Source of the DNA: Ylistrum balloti
Taxonomy: Eukaryota
NCBI RefSeq assembly: GCF_031769215.1
Contig: NW_026781981.1
Coordinates: 806,001-870,000, forward strand
Length of the DNA stretch: 64,000 nt
Direction: 5' to 3'
Position 1 is the first letter of the stretch. Each line of letters opens with the position of its first letter. Both the position numbers and the translations under genes were made by a program. The notes beneath the pieces are model-generated. The model searched no databases, was not told where the DNA came from, and saw only the letters and a program-made list of their open reading frames with translations. Positions 26,720-37,969 of this stretch are shown piece after piece.

Positions 26720-26865
26720 ACCATTTACCATGCAACGGACTACAACGGAAGTTAGGATGTTAAAGTTGTCATTTAAATCGAGGTTTAAAATAATCCCATT
26801 ACCATCGGCGTCTATTTTATGTCATTTCATGAACAAACAACAATATTTTATATTCTCTGTTACAG

Positions 26866-26959
26866 ATTTATTTTCTTTGTGCGCGAGACTCCTTGGCTGT
26901 TACCAAAAACCCCTGTTTGTTTGCTGTCAGCATTTTACTTGTTAACATTCCTAAATAAA
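26866..26959 (+). other. GY4 non-coding terminal exon
   Basis: Acceptor ttctctgttacag|ATTT, motif TGTGCGCGAG..TGGCTGTTACCAAAAACCCCTG at 26878-26915, AATAAA at 26954-26959. Confidence 0.7.
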
Positions 26960-29584
26960 GCATGTCATTCCAAACTTTATAGTTTGTCTTTTTATACAAT
27001 ACTGTCCAAAGTATAATAAGTGGATAAGATAATTTTTTTAGTATCATCTTGAGTTCGGTCACGAATACTCTTCAAGGTGTATGAAGTGGATTGTATCCCT
27101 GTTTTATACATTGCCTGAAGATTGTGCACTAATTTGGTATTAACATATGAAAAAGTCGAGTGTAAAAACGACACAAATTCTTCATAGTGTCGTTAACAAT
27201 ACGATATCAAGAATTGACGCTGTATCACCATATTCAAGTTACTGTGGTTTTGATAAAGTGACTTCATGTGAAAAAAATGTATTCATTTTATTTTCGTTCA
27301 ACTGGAAAGTTCCTAAATACATCAATATAAAACCGAGTCAGCCTGCTCAGTGGAACCTGTTATAAAACAAATGTTACTCTATACAACCATAAAATCTAAA
27401 AATCACAAACACTGCTGTTCGATATTATAACAACGTCTTCGTTCATTATACCTGTGATTTTGTGAATAACAAATGTGAGAAAATGGATAACACGTTTATT
27501 CTTTCGTTGTTAATATTAGCCTTTTGATTTATCTCTAATATCCCTGTCAGCTTGAATTTTAATGCAAATACTTGTAAGTTGTTACTATCAACCTGTACAC
27601 ATCATGACATAACAATCATAACTAACTGTGTTCCGCATGCTATGGAGTTTATGCCTGTGACGTCTTTGACACTGCCACAGACAGCATTTTGAGGAGATGA
27701 AATTAATTTCTAAATTTTGATCAGTACCAGAGTATAGTTTATTGGATTTTGTTTCGTTGATATATAAGGCGATCATTCCAATTTGTTTTGTTGGCTTTAA
27801 ATTGGAAATAACATAGTTGAAACTAGATCGACGCAAAGATCAAGTAGATATTGAAAATTTGAAATTGAACAGTAAATCTTTTGTGCTTCTTCACTTCTAC
27901 AAAATGAATAAAAATTACCATAATGAATGAAAAATGGCCACGCAAGGGGTGACATTTGCATTTATATGTTACAACAAGATCTACAAATCATGCAACAAAG
28001 CCATAACTTTCTACCTCCGAGATGTACATTGAAGATATAACGACTACCAATCTAACGGTTATATGAGAATTTTCAATGTTAATTATTTCAAACATTTGAA
28101 GACAATTACAAATCGCCTCCCTTTGCATAAACGGCAATGTTATATGTTAGGTTTGAAACATTGGACGTCTTTTTGACTACATGATAAATATTCGTATCAT
28201 ATATAATGTGATTGACAGTTTCTACCCCAATATTCACTAAGAGAAAGATATACCTGGCGGATATCATTAATGAATCAGAAGGGTATTACGTCATGCAGGA
28301 AAACATTTTCGTCTCCTTATAGTCTTATATATTTCATATAGAATAAAGTTCGAACATCGACTATCCCGTTTATTTTAAATGTCGCTAAAAAAGTAAACCG
28401 TTGCTTTTGCAAATTTGCAAATACAAGCCGAAATTCAAAAGTGTAAAAATCTGCACCTGTTATAGCAGGAATCACACATAAAAATGTATACACACTAATT
28501 AACTTGCAAAATGTGAGGAACGACCTACTGACAGCTTGTATTATGTTTCCTTCCGGTTACCAGCTTGGAACTGCTACTACCTTGCTGATAGATCAACCAA
28601 GTAGCATTGAGAAATTATGAATTCTGTATCAATTCAGAAATATAATAGCTCTGTTCCTTTATGTATTAATGATAATATTTACATACAAAATATGCTGAAG
28701 CAACTTTCCATTATAACGACATTGCCGAAGAAGCAAAGTTCATGTGATTGCCTGTTTAAATTCCCAGCTGTGGTTTTAACCGCTCTGTGCTCGCGGTTAT
28801 TGACATCTTGTGGGTTAGATAATATTAAATAAATCATACGTATGTCCGGATCTACAGGCACCGATGTACGGTTTAGTGGTTTAGTAACGACGGCTTGAGG
28901 TTTACATTAAATCAGAATATGTCAACGTTGCGGCAAGACTAGCAATATATGTTTACCTATAATTGCACCGCAGGGTACATGTATATTTTCGTAAACTTAT
29001 TCATTATCTAGATAACACCATAAATCGCTATATATAAATACAGATCATACGTCCAAGGACTGCCATCTAGGTTTTATTTACATCTATGTTACTTAATGAA
29101 AATTCAAAAGATCTGTTTTCATAATGACTGTAATGAAACTTACCGAACATTCTTAAGCAAATCTAGAAATTTTGAACATTTTAGAAAAGAATTTATATAA
29201 ATATTTTAAATGCCTGTACAATCTATATTTAAAATGTTTTTATCATTGCAATAAAACATTAAATTTATTATTAATGGAACAGGTTAATAATTTTATTTCG
29301 GACTATGAGTCTGAATGTTTATATAATCTCGCTCATCTACATAACATTGCAATCAGCAAAAGTACACAGTTAAGAAAACGTAAAAGTTTGGAAATAAGTA
29401 CCTTATCTCTTAATCATTTATAGACCGATATATATATACTATTAACACATGTTATTATTCTCAGTATTATTTATGTATTAACATATCTTTGGTAACATGA
29501 ATTCATAGTCATGAAGTCATCATAGATTTTAATAATGTGCGTAGTAGTTGATTCATGCCAATACTAAAATTAATTGGCATATTA

Positions 29585-30000
29585 ATTCATTCGTGTTCTG
29601 TATTTGTAATTGTCATGATAAAAAATCATTCGTGTTCGGTATTTGTAATTGTCATGATAAAAAATCATTCGTGTTCGGTATTTGTTATTATTATAGTTAT
29701 ATAAAACTTGTTCTGTATTTGTTATTATTATAGTTATATAAAATCACGTGTTCTGTATTTGTTATTATTATAGTTATATAAAACTACACGTGTTCTGTAT
29801 TTGTTATTATTATAGTTATATAAAACTACACGTGTTCTGTATTTGTTATTATTATAGTTATATAAAACAACACGTGTTCTATAAATGCTACTGTTATAAT
29901 CATATGAATCATTTGTGTTCTGTATCTGTTACTGTAATAATCATATAAAAGCATTTGGTACTGTTATTGTATATAACATGATTCGTGTTCTGTATTTGTA
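29585..30000. repeat. Compound 39/42-bp minisatellite (gtgttctgtatttgttattattatagttatataaaactacac)
   Basis: Tandem units are visible, and the shadow ORFs show 13- and 14-aa periodicity. Confidence 0.9.
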
Positions 30001-30150
30001 ATTGTTGTTGGTAAATGAAGGCATTCATGGTTTGTATTTGTTACAAGTAAAGGTATATTGATTTATATATGGTACCTGTAATATGTTTATATCTAAATAT
30101 TCTTTACAGACAATTATTAATCATTTATACATATTCAAGTTTTTAATAGG

Positions 30151-30279
30151 ATGGACATTAAAATTGCAACCATAGCTCTCCCGTCCTTGATCCTTCCCGT
30201 AATTTTCGGATCCTGTCTGGGAGATGGTGTCTATGGCTTCTACAGTTGCTTAGGGTATGGGGGATACAGTTTTGATTAA
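30151..30279 (+). pseudogene. GY5, truncated Gly/Tyr-rich paralog (42 codons + stop)
   Basis: Acceptor ttttaatag|G immediately before ATG at 30151. Encodes MDIKIATIALPSLILPVIFGSCLGDGVYGFYSCLGYGGYSFD*, where GSCLGDG matches GCCLGDG of GY2. No Pro-rich linker or exon 3 was found downstream. Confidence 0.65.
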
Positions 30280-31040
30280 AAATGTAAATAAAAAAAATAA
30301 TAATGATAAATTGTGTATGTATAAATTAAGGTGATATAGTATTCTTACTGATACTGACATGCTTCGCACTTTGAAATTGTATTTGTTTTTAAATGTTTGC
30401 TGTCTACACCTGACATTTGTTGGTATATCCATCTGTATGGACATGCATATGTCGTTAACCCCCCCCAAAATAAACTCATTCGTTATTACTTGAATGCTGT
30501 CATCGCAGAAGGTCAGAGAAACCGTAGGAAAATATGGACAAAATAAAAGCCTATGAAAAATACAAGGAGAATAAAAACCAAAGGTATACGGCTTTTACAT
30601 CATTGCTGACAATTTCATATAAATACTGGTCCATTCCAGTCATTTATATCACGTTCCCAAAAGAAAACAATGCTTACAGGCGAGCATCAAACACGTCCAA
30701 ATTATATTGCAAATGAAATGTAATATTTTGCAATGAGGTCACTATGACGACCTTAAACTCCCACAATAAACCCTGTTTTATGGAAATGAATAAACTGACC
30801 AATATCTCTTTAACCTGTAATTTTAAATAGGTCATTCCAAACGTTGATATGTGTACTGTGGATTTCGGCTTTGAGTTGATATTCACACCTATCCATATCA
30901 AAATCTGTCATATAAAAAAACACGTCTGCCATTATTTCAGTCCTCTCGCAGCCCTGTTGGAGGTCGAGTTCAACATAATTAAGCTATTACTTGGACAAGT
31001 ATTTAGAAATAAAAATACGGATTTCCTTAGCATCTAAGTT

Positions 31041-31115
31041 TTTATTTACAAGAACACATAAATAGAAATGACAACACAGTTTTGAGGAAGTCGAGTTCTT
31101 GAAAACAGGTACATG
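31041..31115 (-). other. GY6 probable non-coding terminal exon
   Basis: Minus-strand acceptor ttttatttttattttcag|CATG at 31116/31115, a degenerate CTCAAAACTGTGT motif, and AATAAA at 31046-31041. Confidence 0.55.
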
Positions 31116-31349
31116 CTGAAAATAAAAATAAAATAGTAATCAGAAAACAATAGAGTGAATCCGTATATATACTGCTTGTATTATTTAATCTTAAATTAAA
31201 CTTCTTACAACATACATTCTCAAGCAATGCATAAATCGTTTGATGTCAATACTTCATTATTTGTAATAATCGTTGTTGTAACTAGGAAAATCATGACACA
31301 CTTACAAATCCAGTGTGGTGCCAGTTATTTACTTGTCGGTATCCATGTT

Positions 31350-31399
31350 CTATCCAAAAGCATTAGTCGCCAGCAAGGGGAGGAAAAATAGGGCTATAA
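31350..31399 (-). CDS. GY6 coding exon 3: (L)IALFFLPLLATNAFG*
   Basis: Acceptor gtttttcctttcag|TT at 31400/31399; TAG at 31352-31350. Clear homology to GY1 exon 3 (LPLL). In frame only if the exon-2 frameshift is corrected. Confidence 0.7.
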
Positions 31400-31579
31400 C
31401 TGAAAGGAAAAACAACTCTTACTTATTCGATATATCTTCATGTAAAAAACTCCCTGCCATTTTTAAATCGTCGCATTAAATATTTGCAAGGTTTACTGTT
31501 GGAAATATCAAGGAAAATTGTTATGCGTGAAATAGGGATATCAACCTATGTTTGACTGCTGATATCGCAAATATCACAA

Positions 31580-31960
31580 CCATATTTAAGTAATGTATGA
31601 CTTCTAACACCGTAAGCAAGGCATGTTTGAATACTGTCACCGTATGCAGGCCATACATGATTTTTGACATCATAAGTAGGTCACATATTGATCGTGAGTA
31701 GGTCATGTAGAATCACCAACTCCAAATGTAATTATTCTGACCTCTAACACAGTATATAGGTCATTTATGACTACTGATGTCATAGTCACGTGGTATATAA
31801 CTGCTGGTATCATACATGTAAGTAGGTCATCTATTGACACAGTGAGTAGGTCATGTATGACTACTGATGCCATAAGTACGCTTTATATGATTTCTGTTAT
31901 CATAAGTAGGCCATGCATGACTTTCGAAACCATGATGAGGTTATGTAGGACCATTGTCAT
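31580..31960. repeat. Degenerate tandem repeat (cataagtaggtcatgtatgact-like) in GY6 intron 2
   Basis: Recurring agtaggtcat/ccat and gtatgact motifs. Confidence 0.6.
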
Positions 31961-31970
31961 GTGTACTCAC

Positions 31971-32204
31971 GGACGATCGCACGGTCCCTGTAGGTCGTAG
32001 ATGGCGGTGGTACCGGAGGCATATTGATATACTGGTAGTCGTAGTTCTGTCCATATCCGCGCTGTAGGCACTGCCGCCATTATAGCCTTTGTTATACATA
32101 TTGTTTCCATATCCACTATATTGGTTAGTATACCCATCGCAATATCCAGTCGCAATACAAAACACCAGAACCAAAAACAGGACTATGACAGTGGCAAACC
32201 TCAT
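31971..32204 (-). pseudogene. GY6 main exon, Gly/Tyr-rich paralog with a 1-nt frameshift at ~32059-32060 (pseudogene or sequence error)
   Basis: Reads MRFATVIVLFLVLVFCIATGYCDGYTNQYSGYGNNMYNKGYNGGSAYS, then AGC-GC-GGA. Restoring one base gives GGYGQNYDYQYINMPPVPPPSTTYRDRAIV and a phase-1 donor C|gtgagt at 31971/31970. Confidence 0.75.
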
Positions 32205-33376
32205 TTTAAGCCTCAAAAAATAAATAAATAAATAAATAAATAAAATGAATTGACAAATATGAAAAGTTACTTCATCCAGTCATTCACATCGAAATCGGAT
32301 CGTGCATTAATGTACTTAATTAAGATCTTCTATTAGTTATGTTATATATAGAATTAAATTGAGGTTAAATTAAAATGCTGAACAAGTATTGATAAGTATG
32401 CGTCAAATCCAATCATCAAAGTTATATAATCGACCATGTTATCTTCCACATCATCCAAGGATATAGACGAATATGCAGTCTGTTGTAAACATTACCAACG
32501 AGAGTCGTTGTGGAAGCCATTCACAGATAAACCCAGACAGCAATATTGGCTAGTTTTATCGTATTGATTAAAGTAATAAATGATATAAAATATCGATTAC
32601 GAAAAATCATTACCATACGTCCCTTTCATATTTATCATATTTCATATTATTTTGATTTTCAAAATTGAAAAATAGAACTTCTTCTATGGTAGAAAACTAT
32701 TTCACTCATTAAACCAATGTGTTACCAAATGATGTTGTAAGGCACAATAATGAAATAATTTTGAAGGAATACACTTTATAAAGACTACGACTTTAGCAGT
32801 CACTGTTGCTGTGTTTAATGTCCAGTATCGAGGTGATTGAAACGAAAGTTAAAGAAATTAAAGAGTTTAGATTATATGTTTTTGTATTCACGAATTCTTC
32901 ATAAAATAGAAATATAACAGGAAACAAATACATATTCGCGGTGAGCATAAGAAAGTTATTATCTTGCTTGATCACCTGTGAATCATACAAATCCATAATA
33001 AATTACCTATTCATACTTAGAATATCATTAGCATATGTAATTGATGAGTTTGAGCCATACCTTCCAAACTGGATGCTTCTGAAAGCTGCGGCCAATAAGT
33101 CCAACCAGTTTACAGCCTGTAGTGGTGTATTATCAGCATTCCACCAAGCTATGAGGAAATCCAGTGAGTATTACAAACAACGCGGACGTCGGAAGTTAGA
33201 GGTCAGAGAATGGTCAGTGTTAGGTACGTGGCATAAAGCTTTTCGCATCACTACAGTTTTCGCAAGATGCTACTTAGACGTATGAATAGAGAGTAATAAT
33301 TAAAATTAAAAAAGTAAAATTTTCAAACATAGTTTTAGCTGCAAAGATTTAAAGATAAATACAACACGCGATGACA

Positions 33377-33443
33377 CATTTGATAAACATTGGATGGTAG
33401 GATTGCACTCACCTTCACCTATACGTCCGGGATTCGATTCTCT
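33377..33443 (+). mobile_element. Possible tRNA-derived SINE head remnant
   Basis: ttggatggtaggattgcactcaccttcacc...ccgggattcgattctc resembles tRNA-Gly-like A/B-box heads, but is heavily degenerate. Confidence 0.3.
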
Positions 33444-33718
33444 GTTTTATCCCCAATATTTTCACGACACAAAAATGTTCTGTCATTGGATAGAGAATGG
33501 ACCTATAAAAGAAACCCATGATGATGTACAATACCATTCCATTTGACTATAAAAATATTAAAATGATGCCCACAGAAAGATCTTTGATACAATATAACTG
33601 CAGCACATATGCTAACCTGAAAACACATTTCACTGTGATACTTGTATCATTAATCAGATTTAGCACAGGGAAAGGCACTCGGTTATCATGTATACAATCA
33701 ATATTAACACTACAGGTA

Positions 33719-33755
<37 letters not shown>

Positions 33756-33757
33756 GA
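33719..33757. repeat. (AT)n microsatellite
   Basis: Directly visible interrupted AT run. Confidence 0.9.
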
Positions 33758-35189
33758 TATCCAAATAATTTTGTGGAGTCCTGGAAAGTTCCTTGTTACT
33801 ATGATTGTAAATACAACTCGAAGCGCTGATTTAAGTACTTGTTATAAAACTATCTTCTCTGTTGTTACTATCACAAAGGTAACAGACAGGTTTGTCCCCA
33901 AAAGTGATTGCTAAGTGTATCTGTAATATCACAAAATAAATAATCAAAAGAGTGTACATCTTGTGTGGTCAAACCGTACAATTAAACAAGAGAACATATA
34001 TTGTATGAAATTTATTTATTGCATTATTGTAGATCTGGACCAATGATTAAAAGTGTTGTTTTTCAGTGATTTCATTTTCTCAGATCAACAACCATCGGAC
34101 AATCATCGGACAGAAATAAATAGCATCGACCAGTTAGATAAACATAGACTATCTCGTTATAACATTCGACAGCTCCGTGTTTCTTATGTAGATTTTTCTC
34201 CAATGACAGCTAAAGTTTAAATTAAAAGTTGTATGGTAGACTGTAGAATATGCTAGACAGCAATACAAATAACGTAGTAGGTTGTCAGGATATGCCTTCC
34301 TAAAGGAAAACACGTGATGCCTAATCTTTAACCATTGCTGTCGTATAAAAGATGATATTTAAATGCATTTTGTTTAATTGTCATTATTGACTGAGCTATG
34401 ACAAAAATAAAGCTCAATTATAATCAATTCCTATGATTGTTGATTTTGCTGGTAAAATTTATTATTACGTATTATAAACGTGCGAAAGGTACAAAATTGT
34501 GAGATTTGTCCTAGCTGAATCAATGCATTTGTTATAGGAACTGTTTTTGCTATACCTTAACAGAAAAAAATTATAATGTTATAACAAAAATATTTCATTC
34601 GAAATCTTTTCTTTATCTTACGGTACACAGTAGCGGGATGTGAAACATTCCAAAACTAGTACCTACAAATATTCTTAGTTATTAGTAAACGAACGTATAT
34701 TGATATGATACGGTTACTTATCGTGTAGGTTGTGGCTTTTAGTCGTGTGGTATACATCTACATTATATAAAACACATCAAATATGATGCATTAACTATAA
34801 TTTTAATTACTTCATAATACACACACGTACCATGATGAATTTTAATGTCTCGGCATCATTCATGCACATTATTTGTCTCGGTATTTGCTTAATATATATG
34901 TTAAATCAATAAATCGATAAAAAATATAAGAAATATAGATAACGACATTACGCTAACTGTGAGATGAATGCCGGGTATATACCGATAGGTTTTCATTAGT
35001 GGATCTGATGATTGATAACCTGGGTAATGGTTTCGGGGATATCCTTATTCTAAATAAGTCAACCTCAAAGTATCCCTCTGGAAAATAATAATGCAGTGCA
35101 TACAGTTGATGGCCTAATAGTATAAATTTCTCGTGTAATACTTGATGTTAAATACATACATGTAGGAAGTAGTGAGTGGTTTTGGTTTA

Positions 35190-35258
35190 TGATTTTATTG
35201 TATTATTTGTAACAGCCTTTCTGTTCGCTTAATTCAAAGTCGCAAATACAAACCAGTC
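35190..35258 (-). other. GY7 probable non-coding terminal exon
   Basis: Minus-strand acceptor tttacattaaaacag|GACT at 35259/35258, GGCTGTTACAAA at 35217-35206 (the same GGCTGTTAC core as GY1-4), and AATAAA at 35199-35194. Confidence 0.55.
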
Positions 35259-35344
35259 CTGTTTTAATGTAAATATATAACAGAATTCAGGCTGATGGTA
35301 AAACTATGGAACTATGTGTGACGTTCACTGATAGATTGAGTTAT

Positions 35345-35860
35345 TTGCTTCATTTACACGACAACCTCTTCTACATCCGCCAATTATCTCGATCATTTCC
35401 TACAACGCAACCATCAAGGACATCTTTTCACCAGGCTGTATGATAAACGTGATGATTTAAATACATCTGATATGAATTTTCCATTTCTGGATAGCAACAT
35501 CCTGCATCCCAACCCTGTGTGTCCTGGTAGATTCTATGTTCAAAGGCCTGTTCCCAATATCACGATTTTAATACAAGAAGTGGAAACACTCTAAATACAC
35601 GCTTTTGAAAGATGCAGGTTGATACAAATTATGCGAAGTTTTATGGTCGCCATAGTGATCTCATTGTAAAATGTTCTTTTCCTTTATGCGATATGAAGTC
35701 GTGCATGTTTGATACTCGTTAGCTTGCTTGTTGGTTCCGTTCTGGTATACATGTACCTTGCTCTCATTTGACATTACTTACTTGGACTCACCAAGGTTTA
35801 CATGGCGGGTGTCGTCGATGAAGCAGAAGACTGTTATTCTTATTCTCCGGGTACTTTTTC
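35345..35860 (+). mobile_element. Degenerate Penelope-like retroelement 3' part (RT thumb + terminal motif), inside the GY7 3'UTR intron
   Basis: Translates TTSSTSANYLDHFLQRNHQGHLFTRLYDKRDDLNTSDMNFPFLDSNI...ACSQYHDF...KFYGRHSDLI, with frameshifts and stops. The terminal motif catggcgggtgtcgtcgatgaagcagaagac at 35801-35831 recurs elsewhere in the window. Confidence 0.7.
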
Positions 35861-36089
35861 AGAAGTCTCCTTTTAAATCTTTCTTTTGATCATATTTCCC
35901 CCTAATTTTATCAAATTTGAATTTATATTATTATGTTGACATGTTGGTATTTTCTTGCTGTATATGAATAACGAAAAACTCGTTTGATTTGAACTCATTT
36001 TTTAACCTTTATTCTTGATAACGTACAAGGAAAATCGGTAGAACAAGCATATCGTCACGTAAAAATATTCATTGTCACTGTAAATCTGA

Positions 36090-36530
36090 AATAGATAAGT
36101 AGATAAATACATGAATAAATAGATAACAAGTAAATTATATAGATAATAAAAAATGATAGGATAAAGAGATAGATGATGAATAAATAGAAAATAAATAAAC
36201 TGGTTGACATTAAATAGATAGAAAATAAATGATTAGATAGATAATAAATAAATACATAGATATTAAATAAATAATGAATAGATAAATAATAAATGAATAA
36301 TAAATAAATTGATATATAATAGATAAACAGAAAGATAACAAATTAACATATAATATATATATTGATAAATGATAAATAAATAGATAGATATTAAAAGAAT
36401 AGATAATGAATCAATAGATATATAATAAATAAATTGATAAATTGATAAATATTAAATAAATAGACAATAAACAATTAGAATGATAATAAATAAATAGATA
36501 GATAATAAATAGATAAAAAATAGAAGCATA
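36090..36530. repeat. A/T low-complexity (aaatagataa-like) tract
   Basis: Directly visible ataaatagat-type degenerate repeats. Confidence 0.85.
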
Positions 36531-36778
36531 ATTTGAATTGCGTATGATTTCTTTTATGACTTAATACCAGCAATTGTTTTCAAATAAGTATTATAAAAAG
36601 TGAGATACATGTTTAACTACAATAACAGATTTTGTGATAAATCTTAAAAATGAATTGTGCTTATCAAGTTATCCTTATATCATGACCACAGACGATTGAA
36701 AAGGAAATGAATGTTACATGTTCCATGCGTGTTAGATGTTACGATACCTTTGATAACACCAGTCGTTCAGCTTTGACT

Positions 36779-36840
36779 TTAATTCCTCGTTAAAGCAAAG
36801 AGAAATGCGAACGCTGAAATCAATGAAAACTGTTTAATAA
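36779..36840 (-). CDS. GY7 coding exon 3: (A)FAFLFALTRN* from acceptor 36813, or (V)IKQFSLISAFAFLFALTRN* from acceptor 36840
   Basis: Two in-frame cag acceptors 27 nt apart; TAA at 36781-36779; candidate 3'UTR donor AAAG|gtatcg 31 nt after the stop (36748/36747). Confidence 0.6.
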
Positions 36841-37110
36841 CTGAAGCAACAAGAAGAGAAGTCACAAGGATTTTCGACAGTATATTTAATTATTCAAATG
36901 TTTCTCTTTTTTCTTTATCACCGTAGGTCACACTTTTACACAAGTAGCAAAATGACTCCAAATATTATCATTAACAGGGACGAGAAGTTCCGAGACCAAC
37001 CTAACATTGATGTTCAGCCAGTATTCTAAAATAATTATCAGATATTGAAACCTAAAGCTAGCTTTCAGTTAATGATATTTAAAGGCAATTCGTATTATTT
37101 TCATTCTTAC

Positions 37111-37436
37111 CTCCTATAGCTGCAAGAAGCCCTATTCCGGAGCCATAAGGGGAGTCCGTATCCCGTCCCTGAAGTGTGAAGTCAGGAAGAGAAGCACCAG
37201 ACGATGGTAATATTGTCTGTGAATTGTAAGTGATCTGAGTACCTTTTCCGTTGCCACCTTTACCGCCGTATCCCTTGTAGCCAACATTACCACCATATCC
37301 GCTGTAGCTGCCCTTGCCACCGTATCCACTGTAGTAACCGCCTTTGCCACTGTTGCCACCGTAGCCACTGCTACCACCGTATCCAAAGGAGCCACAAACC
37401 ACAACCAGGATGCTGGATAAAATTACTATCCTAAAC
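37111..37436 (-). CDS. GY7 main coding exon: secreted Gly/Tyr/Lys-rich protein (120-129 aa spliced)
   Basis: Acceptor ctcatgtcttag|G at 37437/37436. Encodes (M)FRIVILSSILVVVCGSFG signal peptide + YGG/GGKG repeats. Phase-1 donor GGAG|gtaaga at 37111/37110. Confidence 0.8.
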
Positions 37437-37967
37437 CTAAGACATGAGAGAAAGTTGAATGTAACAGAAACACTTTATCCTACCTGTATTGTTACAAAAT
37501 GTTGTACATATTTCAATCACCATATAGCACAATTATCTAAACTAAAAAGACAATTCCTGTCACGAATTCACTAAAACACCAGAACAAAACCTATATTCTA
37601 CACTTTTAACTTTAAACGTATTTTGAAATGTCTATAATATCTCTGCATCCTTACTGAAATATAGATATAATTTTCGAACATTTGGGTATAATAATTGCAC
37701 TATAGTATGATAGACCATCACCATGATAAACATATGTAGCGTTTTGAATTTATCTTGTAAAAAACCATGCTTACTTAACTGTTAACAAGTTATTGATAGT
37801 TATTCGAATAGAAAAAGCGGCAATGTAGTTGATGAATACAAAATGTTAACTGTAAAATATCAAGACCTGTTGTGAACAAATATTTGTATTTCCCATATAC
37901 TCCATAACATTGGTACATTGTGCTATTGAAGACCTACTGCATTACCAAACAATACTTGTATACTTAC

Positions 37968-37969
37968 AT
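37968..37969 (-). CDS. GY7 first two bases (AT) of an intron-split start codon
   Basis: ccaggcaaaAT|gtaagt at 37969-37968 joins the G at 37436 to form ATG in frame with the signal peptide. No other in-frame ATG precedes the signal. Confidence 0.55.

Larger units (their letters stand above)
16510..27200 (+). repeat. Tandem segmental triplication carrying GY2, GY3 and GY4 (ATG-to-ATG 4418 and 4582 bp)
   Basis: Promoter, introns, exons and 3' flanks are colinear between copies. For example, cgagagcacgaag(t/g)ttatgttgtgtataaa occurs at ~19800 and ~25198. Confidence 0.9.

Noticed and set aside
17139-26724. Overlapping and antisense ORFs on GY2-4 (MPLSLAVV..., MQVQRVQGKEY..., ER-repeat ORFs)
   Set aside because: They are shadow frames of the Gly/Tyr codon repeats and of the CT microsatellite.
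30925-30975. Alternative GY6 terminal exon (cag|GGCTGCGAGAGGAC resembling the GY8/GY9 motif)
   Set aside because: No nearby poly(A) signal. The exon at 31115-31041 has a much stronger acceptor and AATAAA.
33407-33450. Candidate exon 1 of GY6 (minus-strand GAAG|gtgagt with a GATAAAA upstream)
   Set aside because: There is no canonical TATA, and the site lies in a plus-strand tRNA-like SINE remnant. GY6 exon 1 remains unplaced.
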